64,000 nt of DNA from Elainellaceae cyanobacterium (GTDB lineage: Bacteria; Cyanobacteriota; Cyanobacteriia; CAZCXK01), in NCBI GenBank assembly GCA_051117555.1, contig JBNPEG010000013.1, forward strand, positions 1-64,000, read 5' to 3'. Made by a program: the position numbers and the translations under genes. Below the pieces are notes generated by a model. The model was given only the letters and a program-made list of their open reading frames with translations. It did no database searches and was not told the origin of the DNA. Shown piece by piece: positions 48,021 to 59,497 of the stretch (position 1 is its first letter; each line of letters opens with the position of its first letter).

Positions 48021-48896
48021 CTAAGCCGACACTGGAGTCAACGGCACCTTAGATTTAATCCGCCCATTAATCAATTCATGCTCGACAACGAACACATTCG
48101 AGTGAAGATTTGCGATAATTTGCTTGCCTTCTTGAGTCAGAGATAAGTAGCCAATCGCGTCTTGAATGTAGGGATACACGACATTCCAATAAAATTGAGG
48201 ATAATTGCGACGCAAATCCCCCGGATCGTGATACCCAACCCGCTGGTTGAAGCCCGTTTCTTCAAATTCATAGAACAATGCGCTGACCTTGTTGAGATAG
48301 CGAGGGTCGCTAAGTTGCCCAATGAGGTCAGCCGCTCGAACCAGTCCTGGATAGTGGGTTGTATCTTGATGATCGCTATCATCAGGAACGGGAAAGCGGG
48401 TAAGTTCAATGTTTCTCTGGATGATCTCCGACTTTAGAAGTTCATTGCCTCTAAATCGTTCCTCAACAAACAACTTCCCCCGATCGACATGATACGGAGT
48501 CAAACTTGCATCCGTTGCGCCAGGAGATAATTCCTTCATCTCATTGGCAATTCCAGTCGCATAAAGCCCTTCTTGGTCACTCCGGCATACCCCTTTTACA
48601 TAGCCGATGTCATGACACAACAGAGACACCATGAAGTGGAGCCAGTCTTCGCAGGTGACTCCACCCTCACGAATATGCTTCCCTCGAAGGATTTCTTGCC
48701 CAACTAACGTCACCAGAATCGTATGTTCAACATCATGATAGAGCGCATCACTGTTGGCAATATTTTCGAGTGCCATCCGACCTGACCACCCAATAATGTT
48801 GGCGTAGGCAGACTTTAGCCCTCCATAATTTTGCTCGTAACCATCTTGAAGTTCTTGAACGAAAGATTTGATTAAAGTTTGAGTTGGGTTAAACAT
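48021..48896 (-). CDS. HD-domain metal-dependent phosphohydrolase (Npun_R2479-like)
   Basis: DALYHDVEHT, LCHDIGY, YHVDRG, RAADLIGQL. Start at MFNPTQ. Confidence 0.85.
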   Translation of the reverse strand: MFNPTQTLIKSFVQELQDGYEQNYGGLKSAYANIIGWSGRMALENIANSDALYHDVEHTILVTLVGQEILRGKHIREGGVTCEDWLHFMVSLLCHDIGYVKGVCRSDQEGLYATGIANEMKELSPGATDASLTPYHVDRGKLFVEERFRGNELLKSEIIQRNIELTRFPVPDDSDHQDTTHYPGLVRAADLIGQLSDPRYLNKVSALFYEFEETGFNQRVGYHDPGDLRRNYPQFYWNVVYPYIQDAIGYLSLTQEGKQIIANLHSNVFVVEHELINGRIKSKVPLTPVSA

Positions 48897-49167
48897 GGTG
48901 GTGCATTTCAAGGAGCGAGAGAGAACGAGCAAATCCACGTATTTAAACCTTACCCATATCCAGATCTGTTGTTCTACGCAGGAAAAGACCTCGGTTTTGA
49001 TCTAGATATGATTTAGCGGGCATCAATCATTAAGCCTGACTTTGAGTGATGGGAGTTTGACCAAAATGCGATCGCACGTGCATTAAATATTTCATATATT
49101 GCATTTGTATTGATTGTATGAATCTTTACGCCAAGTTGGGGTGACACTCGAAAGAGCAGCCCGTGAT

Positions 49168-49545
49168 CTAACGCACATCGCGCAAATCTCGACCAAACGG
49201 CAGAAGAGCGAGAACAATTAGCTTGACATGCTGCTTAGCAAACGGGATGCCGATAATGGTGATCGCTAATATTACCGCTGCTACTACATGGGCGATCGCA
49301 ATTTCCCAACCAAATAAAACTGCCCAAATAATATCGAAGATTAGCCTCAGTAAGCTGTCCGCATCTTTCTCGACAACGATTTCCTTTCCAAAAGGAGTAA
49401 AGGTCGCAAATCCAAGCTTAATTGCTTGTAATCCAAACGGAATGCCCACAATTGTTAAACAGGTGAGCAGTCCCCCCACAATGTAACCCAGTCCCGTAAT
49501 TAAGCCGCCACAAATCAGCCAAATAATATTTCCTAACAGGCTCAC
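49168..49545 (-). CDS. YccF-domain membrane protein
   Basis: Two repeats of NIIW…GIPFG…PFG. Confidence 0.9.
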   Translation of the reverse strand: MSLLGNIIWLICGGLITGLGYIVGGLLTCLTIVGIPFGLQAIKLGFATFTPFGKEIVVEKDADSLLRLIFDIIWAVLFGWEIAIAHVVAAVILAITIIGIPFAKQHVKLIVLALLPFGRDLRDVR

Positions 49546-49733
49546 CAGAAGTTCTCCTAGACATTCTCTTAAACGATAGCCAACCAGGACTTGGGGAATT
49601 GAAATGTTATAAACTAACCTATCAGTCTTCGGTTAGTTAATGATGCAATGTAAGAGAGATTTCATAGTTTTTTCTTAGCTTGCCCCCTTCACGCAGGTAG
49701 CACTATTCGGCACGTCAATTCAGGGTAGACATT

Positions 49734-51605
49734 ATGGGTTTAATTGTTCAGAAATATGGGGGGACGTCAGTCGGCTCAGTTGAGCGAATCCGAGCGGTTG
49801 CTCAGCGGGTATTCAACGCTGCTCAAGCAGGCCAGTCCATCGTAGTGGTTGTGTCTGCGATGGGTAAAACAACCGATCAACTCGTTAAATTAGCCAGCGA
49901 GATTTCTACAAATCCGAGTCATCGAGAAATGGACATGCTGCTCTCGACGGGAGAGCAAGTCTCGATCGCGCTCCTCAGTATGGCTCTCCAAGAATTGGGG
50001 CAACCTGCAATTTCAATGACCGGCGCTCAGGTTGGCATCGTTACAGAAGCGGCGCATACTCGGGCTCGAATTTTGCATATCCAAACTGAACGCGTCGAGC
50101 GTCATCTTAAAGACGGCAAAGTGGTTGTAGTCGCTGGGTTTCAGGGCATTACAGGCACCCACGATTTGGAAATCACGACGTTGGGACGAGGCGGTTCAGA
50201 TACGTCAGCCGTTGCGCTTACCGCAGCATTAGGCGGAGAAGCTTGCGAAATCTATACCGATGTTCCAGGAATTTTGACTACCGATCCGAGACTAGTGCCC
50301 GAGGCTCAGTTGATGCCTGAAATTACTGCCGACGAAATGCTAGAGCTCGCCAGCCTAGGTGCAAAAGTGCTTCATCCACGAGCCGTTGAGATTGCACGCA
50401 ACTATGGGGTAACGCTAGTTGTTCGGTCTAGCTGGACTGATGATCCAGGAACGCGAGTCGTTTCCCCTATTCCGCAACCCCGATCACTCGAGGGGCTCGA
50501 AATTGCTCAACCTGTGGATGGGGTTGAAGTAGATGAAAATCAGGCAAAAATTGCGTTGTTGCGAGTGCCCGATCGCCCGGGTGTAGCGGCTCGTTTGTTT
50601 GGTGAAATCGCCTCACAACGGGTTGATATTGATCTCATCATTCAATCAATTCATGAGGGCAACACCAACGATATCGCGTTTACGGTCAGTCGATTATCGC
50701 TGAGTCGAGCCGAAGCGGTTGCTGAGGCGATCGCCCCCGCCCTCCGGCACGATCCCGCAAATTCAAATGAAGCAGAAGTTCTCATCGAACGCAATACCGC
50801 AAAGGTCAGTATTGCGGGTGCTGGGATGATTGGTCGTCCGGGGGTAGCTGCTCAGATGTTCATAGCGCTTGCCGATGCCGGAGTTAATATTCAGATGATT
50901 TCAACCTCAGAGGTTAAGGTAAGCTGCGCGATTGATCTGGCAGATTGCGATCGCGCGGTCGCTGCACTATGCACCATGTTTGACATTAAATCCTCTCCGG
51001 TGCGGGCTGATTCCAGTGGTTCCTCGCACCGATCGTCGCTTTCATCGTCGCAGCCCTCCGCTCAATCACCGGCCTATCAATCTAGCTCTCACGCATCAAC
51101 GATCGTCAGAGGCGCAGCGCTTGACCTCAAACAAGCTCGACTCGCCATTCGCTACGTGCCCGATCGCCCTGGCATGGCAGCAGAGATTTTTCGCCCCCTC
51201 GCCGAGCGTCATATTAGCGTTGATACCATCATTCAGTCTCAGCGATGCCGACTGATTGACGGCACCCCAACCCGTGATATCGCGTTTACAGTTGCTCAGG
51301 CGGATGCAGATACTGCCTATGAAATCTTGGATGCCCTTGCTCCTGAATTGGGGTGTCGTGAAATCGCCATAGACCGGGCGATCGCCAAGGTTAGCGTGGT
51401 GGGTGTGGGTATGATCGGAAGCCCCGGCGTAGCTGCTCGGATGTTTAACGCGCTTGCTGACGAGTCGATTAACATTCAGATGATTACAACGTCTGAAATC
51501 AAGATCAGCTGCGTCGTTGCCGAATCCGATGGAATACAAGCCCTTCAAGCCGTTCATGCGGCATTTAATCTATCGGGTTCCCAGACCCTTCAGGTTCCTG
51601 CTTAA
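49734..51605 (+). CDS. lysC: Aspartate kinase (cyanobacterial, four ACT domains)
   Basis: VQKYGGTSV, TLGRGGSDTSA, YTDVPG…DPR, and repeated ACT units. Confidence 0.95.
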   Translation: MGLIVQKYGGTSVGSVERIRAVAQRVFNAAQAGQSIVVVVSAMGKTTDQLVKLASEISTNPSHREMDMLLSTGEQVSIALLSMALQELGQPAISMTGAQVGIVTEAAHTRARILHIQTERVERHLKDGKVVVVAGFQGITGTHDLEITTLGRGGSDTSAVALTAALGGEACEIYTDVPGILTTDPRLVPEAQLMPEITADEMLELASLGAKVLHPRAVEIARNYGVTLVVRSSWTDDPGTRVVSPIPQPRSLEGLEIAQPVDGVEVDENQAKIALLRVPDRPGVAARLFGEIASQRVDIDLIIQSIHEGNTNDIAFTVSRLSLSRAEAVAEAIAPALRHDPANSNEAEVLIERNTAKVSIAGAGMIGRPGVAAQMFIALADAGVNIQMISTSEVKVSCAIDLADCDRAVAALCTMFDIKSSPVRADSSGSSHRSSLSSSQPSAQSPAYQSSSHASTIVRGAALDLKQARLAIRYVPDRPGMAAEIFRPLAERHISVDTIIQSQRCRLIDGTPTRDIAFTVAQADADTAYEILDALAPELGCREIAIDRAIAKVSVVGVGMIGSPGVAARMFNALADESINIQMITTSEIKISCVVAESDGIQALQAVHAAFNLSGSQTLQVPA

Positions 51606-51637
51606 ATGCGTACGACATGATTTATAGCATCTAAGAC

Positions 51638-52246
51638 TTAGTTGTCTGGTGAGGATAAATCTCCATTAGGTTCTTCAGGCAACTGATTGAGATTCTCTGG
51701 CAGAGAATTTTGATCAAATTCGAAGGGCTCGACAGATCCGGGCTCATTCAATGAATCGTCTGGGCTACCAAATGGATCAGCCGGTAGCGGCTGTTCTAGA
51801 TCAAAATTAAACTCCGGACTCTCAAGTTGATTTTCGTTACTCGATTCTGGCAAGGTTGCCAATGCGACGCGATCGCCCCCAACCGAGCGCAGCAAGTCTA
51901 GTACCTCGACTACATCTGCATAGCGAGCCGATCGAGAGGCATATAGAACGACTAGTCCGTCTGGGCTGTTTAGACGATAATCGAGCAGCAATTGAGTCAG
52001 CTGGTTCCGAGCAATCGGCTCTTGTTCGACATAGATCTGCCCAACCGGATCAACGCTGACCACAAGCATTTCGCGCATTTGAGTGGTGCCCGTGGTCGCA
52101 GTGGGCAAATCGACATTGATTCCCATTTGCCGAGTCAATCCGACTGCCGCCAGAATAAAAAAAGTCAAGATGCAGAAGATGACATCAATCAGCGGAATGA
52201 TTTCAATCCGCACCTCTTCACTGGGCGCATCTAAATTAATTTTCAT
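51638..52246 (-). CDS. exbD: Biopolymer transport protein ExbD/TolR
   Basis: IEIIPLIDVIFCILTFFI, YADVVEVLD, acidic tail. Confidence 0.9.
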   Translation of the reverse strand: MKINLDAPSEEVRIEIIPLIDVIFCILTFFILAAVGLTRQMGINVDLPTATTGTTQMREMLVVSVDPVGQIYVEQEPIARNQLTQLLLDYRLNSPDGLVVLYASRSARYADVVEVLDLLRSVGGDRVALATLPESSNENQLESPEFNFDLEQPLPADPFGSPDDSLNEPGSVEPFEFDQNSLPENLNQLPEEPNGDLSSPDN

Positions 52247-52408
52247 AACATCCTGATGTTTCGATACTGCTAATTGCTACCAGAAATAGATGGGCTCGAT
52301 TTTTTTTCTCGATTTTTTTCTCGATTTTAGATTCTTCAATGCCCAAACGCCTTAAATCTTGAATAGCCTACATTGCTCAGCCAAAAGATTGCTCAGCCAA
52401 AAGATTGC

Positions 52409-53062
52409 CTAAGTGTTGGATGGTTCTTTGCTCCGACTCCGGCTAGACCAATTTTTGCGATATAAGAGCTCTAACTCATTTCCAGACTGTCTAAATAACT
52501 TAACCTGACCTGATACGAGTCCTTGAAACAAGCGATAAAACACCAAAGTGACAATCGCAACGATGAGACCTGCCGCAGTGCTGATCAACGCCTCTGCAAT
52601 TCCTAATGTTACGCCTGCTGTCGACGACGTTCCTAAATCACCCAATCGAATAGAGCCCAGAGAGTTAATCAGTCCCAAAACCGTCCCCAATAGACCTAGG
52701 AGAGGAGATAGCGCAATAACTGCTTCTAAGATCTTGTCACCGCGCCGCATTGTTGCTAATTCTTCATCGGCGGCAGTCTGTAAGGCGAGCTGGAAAATTT
52801 CAGGTTCGGGGTCGTCTAACTCTAGAGCCGAATATAGAAATCTCCCGATGGGCTGATCCCCGGATTTTCGCGCGATCTCGGTCGCTGCACTCCACTCTCG
52901 ACGAGCTGCCTCCAAGATGCGCCCGACGATTTCACGCTCGCGAGTGAGAATCTTCGACCAAAACCAAACTCGTTCGATAATGGTGCTTAACGCCAAAACC
53001 GATAGGATGAGCAGGGGCACCATAGCGATGCCACCCCTAGTAAATAACTCAATGATGTTCAC
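52409..53062 (-). CDS. exbB: MotA/TolQ/ExbB proton channel
   Basis: GGIAMVPL…[34 protein letters not shown] start at 53062. Confidence 0.9.
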   Translation of the reverse strand: MNIIELFTRGGIAMVPLLILSVLALSTIIERVWFWSKILTREREIVGRILEAARREWSAATEIARKSGDQPIGRFLYSALELDDPEPEIFQLALQTAADEELATMRRGDKILEAVIALSPLLGLLGTVLGLINSLGSIRLGDLGTSSTAGVTLGIAEALISTAAGLIVAIVTLVFYRLFQGLVSGQVKLFRQSGNELELLYRKNWSSRSRSKEPSNT

Positions 53063-53382
53063 AGCGTGTCTTTTCCTCCGTACATGCTCGCAGCACTCCA
53101 AGCTACTCAATTCGTTAGGTCACATTCATGATTCAATCAACCATCTTATTGGAGAAGCTTGACATACTGCTCAATCTTTATAGCGGAATCTTTAATGTCC
53201 TTATTAGAGTTCTAGGCTTTATATGCGGCATCCGAAAACTAAACTCGTGAGGTTAAAATTTCTGAAGCTTCATCAAAATGAGGCTCGGTTCTACTGGGAT
53301 GATAGACCATCACCATTCAAATGTTCATTCCCTGGGATTCAATCCATTCGCTAGAGTTGAGATGTAGACGGAGGACGCTCAT

Positions 53383-53691
53383 ATGCAACTATTTGGCTGG
53401 TATCGCCACCTCATTCGTAATCCTCGTTATCGGTGGTGGATGATTATAGGTAGCTTGATCTATCTGCTAAGCCCCCTCGATATTTCTCCTGATCTACTTC
53501 CAATCGTTGGTCAAGTTGATGATGTCGTGGTTATGACGTTGCTGTTTTCTGAGGTGTTCCGTCTGGTTCTAAACCGAGGACAGATTGTAGAGGGCGATCG
53601 CTCTAGTGAGCAAAATCCGAATCGCACCTCATATCAAAGTGCTGAAGACGACGTCAAAACGGTCGATGTGAAAGCGGTTTCAATGGACTAA
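53383..53691 (+). CDS. YkvA / DUF1232 family membrane protein
   Basis: YLLSPLDISPDLLPIVGQVDD. Confidence 0.88.
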   Translation: MQLFGWYRHLIRNPRYRWWMIIGSLIYLLSPLDISPDLLPIVGQVDDVVVMTLLFSEVFRLVLNRGQIVEGDRSSEQNPNRTSYQSAEDDVKTVDVKAVSMD

Positions 53692-53792
53692 ATCGTGTTT
53701 ATGTATTCCCACTTCTAATCCGCGTCCGTAGTATTAGGGAAATGCCGCATTAGAATAAGAAGAATGTTCGATAAGAGTTTTGCAAGATTTTT

Positions 53793-54881
53793 ATGTCAGT
53801 TTTAGCGCCAATTGCCGTTCTTGCACTGTTGATTGTGGTTCACGAGTTGGGGCATTTCATGGCAGCCCGGCTCCAAGGAATTCACGTCAACCGGTTTTCG
53901 ATTGGGTTTGGGCCTGTCCTTTGGAAATATCAAGGCATTGAAACCGAATACGCGGTTCGCGCCATCCCACTGGGCGGGTTTGTTGGGTTTCCTGACGACG
54001 ATCCAGATAGTGAAATTCCAGATAATGACCCAGACTTACTGAGAAACCGTCCTATTCTAGACCGGGCGATCGTAATCAGTGCGGGAGTCATTGCAAATCT
54101 TCTGTTTGCATACCTCGTATTTGTGGCTCAATTTGGTGCGTTGGGGGTGCCGCAAGCGTCTGAACCGGGTGTCTTAATTCCACAGCTTGCATCGGAGATT
54201 AATAGCGTTGCAGCAGAAGCAGGAATTGAGCCCGGAGATGTTGTGCTCAGCGCCAATGGCAACCCCTTTGATCAGTCTCTTGATGTCATCGAAGATTTCA
54301 AGACTACGATTGAGCAGAACGCGGGCAACCCGATTCGGCTTGGCATTCAACGAGATGATGAACGCCTATCTATTACTATTGTTCCTCGTGAGAGTGCTGA
54401 CGGTCGCGGACAAATTGGCGTTGGGCTAAGCCATAACGGAACGATTGAATTTCGACGAGCAAGTAGCATTCTAGAAGTGTTCACGTTGGCAGCAAACGAA
54501 TTTCAGAATATTTTTGTGGCCATCTTGCAGGGATTCAAGACGCTGATAACAAACTTCTCTGAGGTTGCGGGTCAAGTTGCAGGACCAGTTGGTATCGTCG
54601 ACCAGGGTGCCAAGTTTGCTCGTGCTGACATTACCAGTCTATTTCCGTTTACGGCTGCAATTAGTATTAACCTAGCAATCATTAATATCTTGCCTCTTCC
54701 TGCTCTTGACGGGGGGCAGCTCACCTTCCTGTTAATTGAAGGGCTTCGAGGTAAGCCTCTCCCCAATCGCATTCAGGAAAATGTTATGCAGACTGGCATT
54801 GTTCTATTGCTTGGTTTGGGGGTCTTACTCATTGTTCGGGATACGACTCAGTTAGATGTGTTTCAAAATATTTTTCGGTGA
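53793..54881 (+). CDS. rseP: RIP metalloprotease RseP (M50) with PDZ domain
   Basis: HELGH, FSIGFGP, IPLGGFV, NILPLPALDGG. Confidence 0.95.
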   Translation: MSVLAPIAVLALLIVVHELGHFMAARLQGIHVNRFSIGFGPVLWKYQGIETEYAVRAIPLGGFVGFPDDDPDSEIPDNDPDLLRNRPILDRAIVISAGVIANLLFAYLVFVAQFGALGVPQASEPGVLIPQLASEINSVAAEAGIEPGDVVLSANGNPFDQSLDVIEDFKTTIEQNAGNPIRLGIQRDDERLSITIVPRESADGRGQIGVGLSHNGTIEFRRASSILEVFTLAANEFQNIFVAILQGFKTLITNFSEVAGQVAGPVGIVDQGAKFARADITSLFPFTAAISINLAIINILPLPALDGGQLTFLLIEGLRGKPLPNRIQENVMQTGIVLLLGLGVLLIVRDTTQLDVFQNIFR

Positions 54882-55576
54882 GCACCCGTAAGTTGCCTGC
54901 TAAAAAACAGCGATCGCTGGAGATTTTAGTCCGGCTCAAGCGCACCTATCCGGATGCGACCTGCTCATTGACGTATCACACTCCGGTTCAGTTGTTGATT
55001 GCGACCATGCTGTCAGCTCAATGCACGGATGAGCGAGTCAATCAAGTGACGCCAGAGCTGTTTCGTCGGTTTCCAGATGCCGAGGCGATCGCCAGTTCTG
55101 ATCTCAGCGACATCGAAACTCTGGTTCGCTCGACAGGGTTTTACCGAAATAAATCGAAGAATATTCAAGCCACGTGCCGTATGCTGGTCTCCGAGTTTGG
55201 GGGAGACGTGCCAATGCTCATGGACGACTTGCTCAAGCTGCCAGGAGTTGCCCGTAAAACAGCCAATGTAGTCTTAGCTAATGCCTATGGCATCAATGCC
55301 GGAGTAACCGTTGATACTCATGTTAAGCGACTGAGTACTCGGTTGGGCTTAACCAAGCAGACCGATCCGGTTCGTATCGAGCGAGACTTGATGAAACTGC
55401 TACCGCAGCCTGATTGGGAGAATTGGTCAATTCGCTTGATTTATCACGGTCGTGCCGTTTGCACCGCTCGAAATCCGGCGTGCGATCGCTGCATCTTGGC
55501 AGATTTATGCCCGTCTGTTGATGTGTCAAAAATTTCGCCGTCTGCGCCTCCAGCAATCACCTTTTCTCAATCCTAA
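54878..55576 (+). CDS. nth: Endonuclease III
   Basis: LSAQCTD, HhH LPGVARKTAN, VDTHV, and C-x6-C-x2-C-x5-C. Confidence 0.96.
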   Translation: MSTRKLPAKKQRSLEILVRLKRTYPDATCSLTYHTPVQLLIATMLSAQCTDERVNQVTPELFRRFPDAEAIASSDLSDIETLVRSTGFYRNKSKNIQATCRMLVSEFGGDVPMLMDDLLKLPGVARKTANVVLANAYGINAGVTVDTHVKRLSTRLGLTKQTDPVRIERDLMKLLPQPDWENWSIRLIYHGRAVCTARNPACDRCILADLCPSVDVSKISPSAPPAITFSQS

Positions 55577-55761
55577 AATTTATACTGAGGGGGCTCAAAG
55601 CTCCGTATATCAAGGATTAGAATTGACAAACGAGCAGCATGTCTCCAGTGGTCTTACAAAATGGTCTTACAATAGGCGGATGGCGATCGCTCAAAGTTTC
55701 GCTATTATAAGAAATGCTGTCTAAATTTCCGAATTGCTGTCCATAGTTGGGAACGGAGTCC

Positions 55762-56064
55762 ATGGCTAAGAAAAGTATGATCGCGCGGGACGAAAAGCGC
55801 AAAAAAATTGTCAAAAAGTATGCGCAGAAGCGCAGCGAGCTAAAAGAACAATTTGCAAACGCTGCGTCCCAGCAAGAAAAGTTAGAAATTCATCGTAAAA
55901 TTCAGCAGTTGCCGCGTAATAGCGCTCCGAGCCGAGTTCGCAATCGTTGCTGGCTAACGGGTCGTTCTAGAGGATATTATCGCGACTTTGGATTGTGCCG
56001 AAATGCGCTACGTGAAATGGCTCATCAAGGTTTGCTTCCGGGTGTTGTAAAGTCAAGTTGGTAA
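55762..56064 (+). CDS. rpsN: 30S ribosomal protein S14 (long, Zn-independent type)
   Basis: [10 protein letters not shown]…[21 protein letters not shown]…LPGVVKSSW. Confidence 0.97.
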   Translation: MAKKSMIARDEKRKKIVKKYAQKRSELKEQFANAASQQEKLEIHRKIQQLPRNSAPSRVRNRCWLTGRSRGYYRDFGLCRNALREMAHQGLLPGVVKSSW

Positions 56065-56183
56065 ATCATGGAAGCGATTGCTGATACCGGTTGCCGGTAG
56101 TATAGATTGGGCTTGTGCCCTGCTTGATGCGGCACTTGATTTTATTCGCTCAATCGTTTCGCTCAGTCGACATCATTTTTTTA

Positions 56184-56223
56184 ATTGAGCCCATGTGCCC
56201 CGATATCGGCATGTGGGCTCAAT
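56184..56223. terminator. Strong hairpin between convergent rpsN and 6S RNA transcripts
   Basis: ATTGAGCCCATGTGCC…GGCATGTGGGCTCAAT. Confidence 0.6.
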
Positions 56224-56308
56224 GAGTAGACATCCCTCTCCCATCGTGTCAGTCAAAGAATATCTGAAACGCCGAAAATTTGTTGTTGGGCAATGCTCAG
56301 TTGAATCT

Positions 56309-56478
56309 ACGGGAATTGAACTTCAAGCGTGAAATTAGTTGTGAAGTTTCTATTCTCTATTCGGGTTAAAACAGGGCTATAACGACTCGGATGCGCGTTA
56401 AGCGTATCTGCGAGAAGGAGGGACATACTGTGTCTACATCTCGGCACTCAACTCAAGAGCGTGTCGGTATAATCCGGT
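56309..56478 (-). ncRNA. ssrS: 6S RNA (cyanobacterial 6Sa)
   Basis: Minus strand ACCGGATTATACCGACACGCTCTTGAGTT…CACAGTATGTCCCTCCTTCTCGCAGATACG…CGAGTCGTTATAGCCCTGTTTT…ACTAATTTCACGCTTGAAGTTC matches the cyanobacterial 6S consensus as I recall it. The ends are self-complementary. Confidence 0.88.
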
Positions 56479-56484
56479 AATTTT

Positions 56485-56820
56485 TTACTGCCCACAGCAG
56501 CGATCAATCCCAAGGCTATCTAGCAGGAGATCGCTGACTGCATTGGCGACAGCAAACTCGCTGTAGAAGCTTTTCGAGAAATCAAACGCTTGCATCTCAG
56601 TTAGAATTGCAATCACAAGAGCACCGACGTCATTCTCGCCCTCTAGGCGCTGGCGGATAAAGACTTGAGACGCTTGATGTGCGATCTTTTGATTGACAGG
56701 TTCTGGAAGAAATTCACGATCGAGCCAGGTATGAAGCGCGTCTCGAAGCCATACTCCCTCTTGATGAGCGTCTTTGGGAGGCGGCAAGGTGATGGGAGGA
56801 ATCGGTTCAGACATTGGCAT
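56485..56820 (-). CDS. Conserved cyanobacterial hypothetical protein upstream of 6S RNA
   Basis: EGVWLRDALHTWLDREFLPE…FDFSKSFYSEFAVANAVSDLL…CCG. Confidence 0.8.
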   Translation of the reverse strand: MPMSEPIPPITLPPPKDAHQEGVWLRDALHTWLDREFLPEPVNQKIAHQASQVFIRQRLEGENDVGALVIAILTEMQAFDFSKSFYSEFAVANAVSDLLLDSLGIDRCCGQ

Positions 56821-56965
56821 CTAATCGATTAAAATATCTTCTACACGCGGCTTGGCGATCGCAAGCACTGTAGTCAAGTTTTCAGGTACGGTATCTAGGA
56901 ACTGTACTATCACTATACAACTCATAGACGAGCCTCTCCAGTTCCTGGTTTTTTAACAGAGCCAT

Positions 56966-57544
56966 ATGCAATTTAATGTTCCTGCTATCGTCGAAGGATA
57001 CGCTCAAGGCTACTTCTTGATGGCTGACGAAAGCGGCACGCAACTGAGCTGGTATTCGAGCCGAGAAAGAGCCCTCATTCCGCTCGACCATCGGTTTCGA
57101 TATCCGCGATCGCTCCAGCGTGTCCTGAATCAAGACCGCTTCACCGTTGCCGTCAACCGTGACTTCGAGGCGGTCATAGACGGCTGTGCCAATCGAGATA
57201 CAACCTGGATTTCGTCCGAACTTAAGGAAATCTACAAGGCACTTTATCGAACGGGTTGGGCCTATAGCTTTGAGACGTGGCAAGGCGACGAGCTAGCAGG
57301 GGGGATTTTAGGGCTAGTGATTGGGGGTGCATTTATCGGTGAGTCGATGTTCTATCGAATTCCGGACGGGTCTAAGGTGGCGATGGTCAAGTTGGTTGAG
57401 CGGCTGCGATCGCGCCAGTTTGTCTTATTCGATGCTCAGATGAATAATCCTCATCTTAAGCGATTTGGGGCGTATATCATGGCAAATGAAGAGTATCAGC
57501 GACTGCTAGAAAAAGCAGTACAGCGACGATGTACTATCAAATAA
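56966..57544 (+). CDS. aat: Leucyl/phenylalanyl-tRNA--protein transferase
   Basis: [17 protein letters not shown]…LAGG, FIGESMF, SKVA, FDAQ…HL. Confidence 0.93.
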   Translation: MQFNVPAIVEGYAQGYFLMADESGTQLSWYSSRERALIPLDHRFRYPRSLQRVLNQDRFTVAVNRDFEAVIDGCANRDTTWISSELKEIYKALYRTGWAYSFETWQGDELAGGILGLVIGGAFIGESMFYRIPDGSKVAMVKLVERLRSRQFVLFDAQMNNPHLKRFGAYIMANEEYQRLLEKAVQRRCTIK

Positions 57545-57609
57545 ACTTTCTCAAATCAAGAGCGCGTGTTTGTGTTTAATCCCGTTTGCACACCGCTCTA
57601 TTGTTAGTA

Positions 57610-58518
57610 TTAGCGCACTGCAAACCGACGCACTGCTAGCAAACTGCCCATTAACCCCACCGATCCTCCGAGAGCAAGCAATGTTAGCGGAAGTAAAATC
57701 GTTTGTTGGGGCGTTAATCTTAGACCATCGGCAAGAAATTGAATGAAATCAGGCTGCTGAGTCACTAATCGGCTTACAAATCGTTGAATGCCGATGATAA
57801 ATCCCCACGAAATCATAGCGCCTGCAAGACCAAAGGTGATGCCTTGAAGAATGAATGGAAAATAAATCCAGAGGGCTGTAGCTCCAACAAGCTGCATTAC
57901 TTCGATTTCACGCCGTCGAGCCATCACAATCAGTCGAATTGTAGTAGTGATCACGGCGATCGCTGTTAACGTGAGGACGGTCGTAATGATAAAGCTGACC
58001 CAATTAAGCCCCTGGTTAAGTTGGGCAATCCGTCTGACGGCTTCATCTACATATTGCACATCATCGACGCCTTGCATCTGTCTCATCTTTTCTGCTAAGG
58101 CAGGCACGACCTCTGAATTAGATGCTTTGACTTTCAGCTCATCCACTAAGGGGTTGCCATTAAGTTGCTGTGTTGCCCCTGGAATATCAGAGAGGCCCAT
58201 ATCATGAATCAATTCTTCCCATGCCTTTTCCTTAGAAACTGCGGTGACGGCTGTAACTTCTGGCATTGATTCGACAAATGGCTGCAAATTTTCGGCTCGC
58301 ACTCCCGCATCTAAATAGACCGATACCTCAAGCTGGCTGCCAAACTGGTTTAGGAGTTGCTCAAGTTGCCAGGAGGCGTGCAGGCTGATTCCAAATAGAA
58401 ATAAAAGCACCGTTACCGTGCTCACGGCTGCCCAGTTCATCCATCCGCCCCGCTTTAGACCCAGTAATGTCTCTCGAAGCAAATAGTCGGCTTTCGTGAT
58501 AAATTCTAGCAACCGCAC
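57610..58518 (-). CDS. ftsX: Cell-division permease-like protein FtsX
   Basis: Four-TM layout and TTIRLIVMARRREIEVMQLVGA…PF. Confidence 0.9.
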   Translation of the reverse strand: MRLLEFITKADYLLRETLLGLKRGGWMNWAAVSTVTVLLFLFGISLHASWQLEQLLNQFGSQLEVSVYLDAGVRAENLQPFVESMPEVTAVTAVSKEKAWEELIHDMGLSDIPGATQQLNGNPLVDELKVKASNSEVVPALAEKMRQMQGVDDVQYVDEAVRRIAQLNQGLNWVSFIITTVLTLTAIAVITTTIRLIVMARRREIEVMQLVGATALWIYFPFILQGITFGLAGAMISWGFIIGIQRFVSRLVTQQPDFIQFLADGLRLTPQQTILLPLTLLALGGSVGLMGSLLAVRRFAVR

Positions 58519-58765
58519 ACCTCCGTCCTATGACTATTATGACTATACGGTTAAAAATACGGTTAAAAATCAGGACTTATCTTATCTCGCTATTCGCTAA
58601 ATGAACAGACTCATTCAGCCGGTTAACTCAATGCGTGGTTTCTTGCCATTAAAAGGCGAGGCGATCGCATCATTTCGGATACCCACCATAGTCTGAGACG
58701 ACATGATTGACTAATATAGAAATACATCACACGTTTAATTGCTGCTGTTCATCAATACAAGCTCT

Positions 58766-59332
58766 ATGACTTCTCAAATTCTGGTTGAAAAGAAAAAGCT
58801 GGCCAAGCCTCCATTAGAGCTACATTATCTGGGCGATCGCTTACTGCGCCAGCCGACAAAGCGCATTGCTAAAGTTGATGATGACGCACGGCAGCTAGCT
58901 CGTGATATGTTGCAAACGATGTATAGCGAAGATGGCATTGGTTTAGCAGCGCCCCAGATTGGCATCAATAAGCAGATGCTAGTCGTTGATTGCGAGCCTG
59001 ATAACTCGGCAAATCCGCCGTTGGTTTTAATTAATCCGGTAATTCGCAAATCCAGTCGAGACGTGTGCGTTATCCAAGAAGGCTGTCTCAGCATTCCAGG
59101 CGTTTTTCTAGATGTGACACGCCCTGAGGTTATTGAGGTTGCCTATAAAGATGAAAGCGGTCGCCCTAAACGGTTGACGGTCAATGGGTTGCTTGCCCGC
59201 GTGATTCAGCATGAAATTGACCATCTAAACGGGGTTATGTTTGTAGATCGAGTCGACAATGCTCTAGCCCTCAATCAGGAACTGGCAAAACACGGATTTT
59301 CGGTTGAAGCCGTAAAGCCATTTGAAGGCTAA
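58766..59332 (+). CDS. def: Peptide deformylase
   Basis: GIGLAAPQIG, EGCLSIP, QHEIDHLNG. Confidence 0.96.
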   Translation: MTSQILVEKKKLAKPPLELHYLGDRLLRQPTKRIAKVDDDARQLARDMLQTMYSEDGIGLAAPQIGINKQMLVVDCEPDNSANPPLVLINPVIRKSSRDVCVIQEGCLSIPGVFLDVTRPEVIEVAYKDESGRPKRLTVNGLLARVIQHEIDHLNGVMFVDRVDNALALNQELAKHGFSVEAVKPFEG

Positions 59333-59497
59333 ATTTGAACTTGATTGATCTGAGGTGTTGACGTCTCGGCTTTGTTGGTTAAGCTAGTTAAGGCGATTCA
59401 AGTTTAAGAATGCTCATGATAGGCAGGGAAGATTCTTCTCCTGCCGTATGAGTGTGATTCTCACTGATTACACTACATTGCATAAGGCTGGCTGTTT

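Noticed and set aside
52295..52408. Short direct repeats (CTCGATTTTTTT x3; ATTGCTCAGCCAAAAG x2) between exbB and exbD
   Set aside because: Simple slippage duplications with no evidence of function.
56882..57283. 133-aa minus-strand ORF overlapping aat
   Set aside because: Antisense to a confidently identified gene and lacks motifs.
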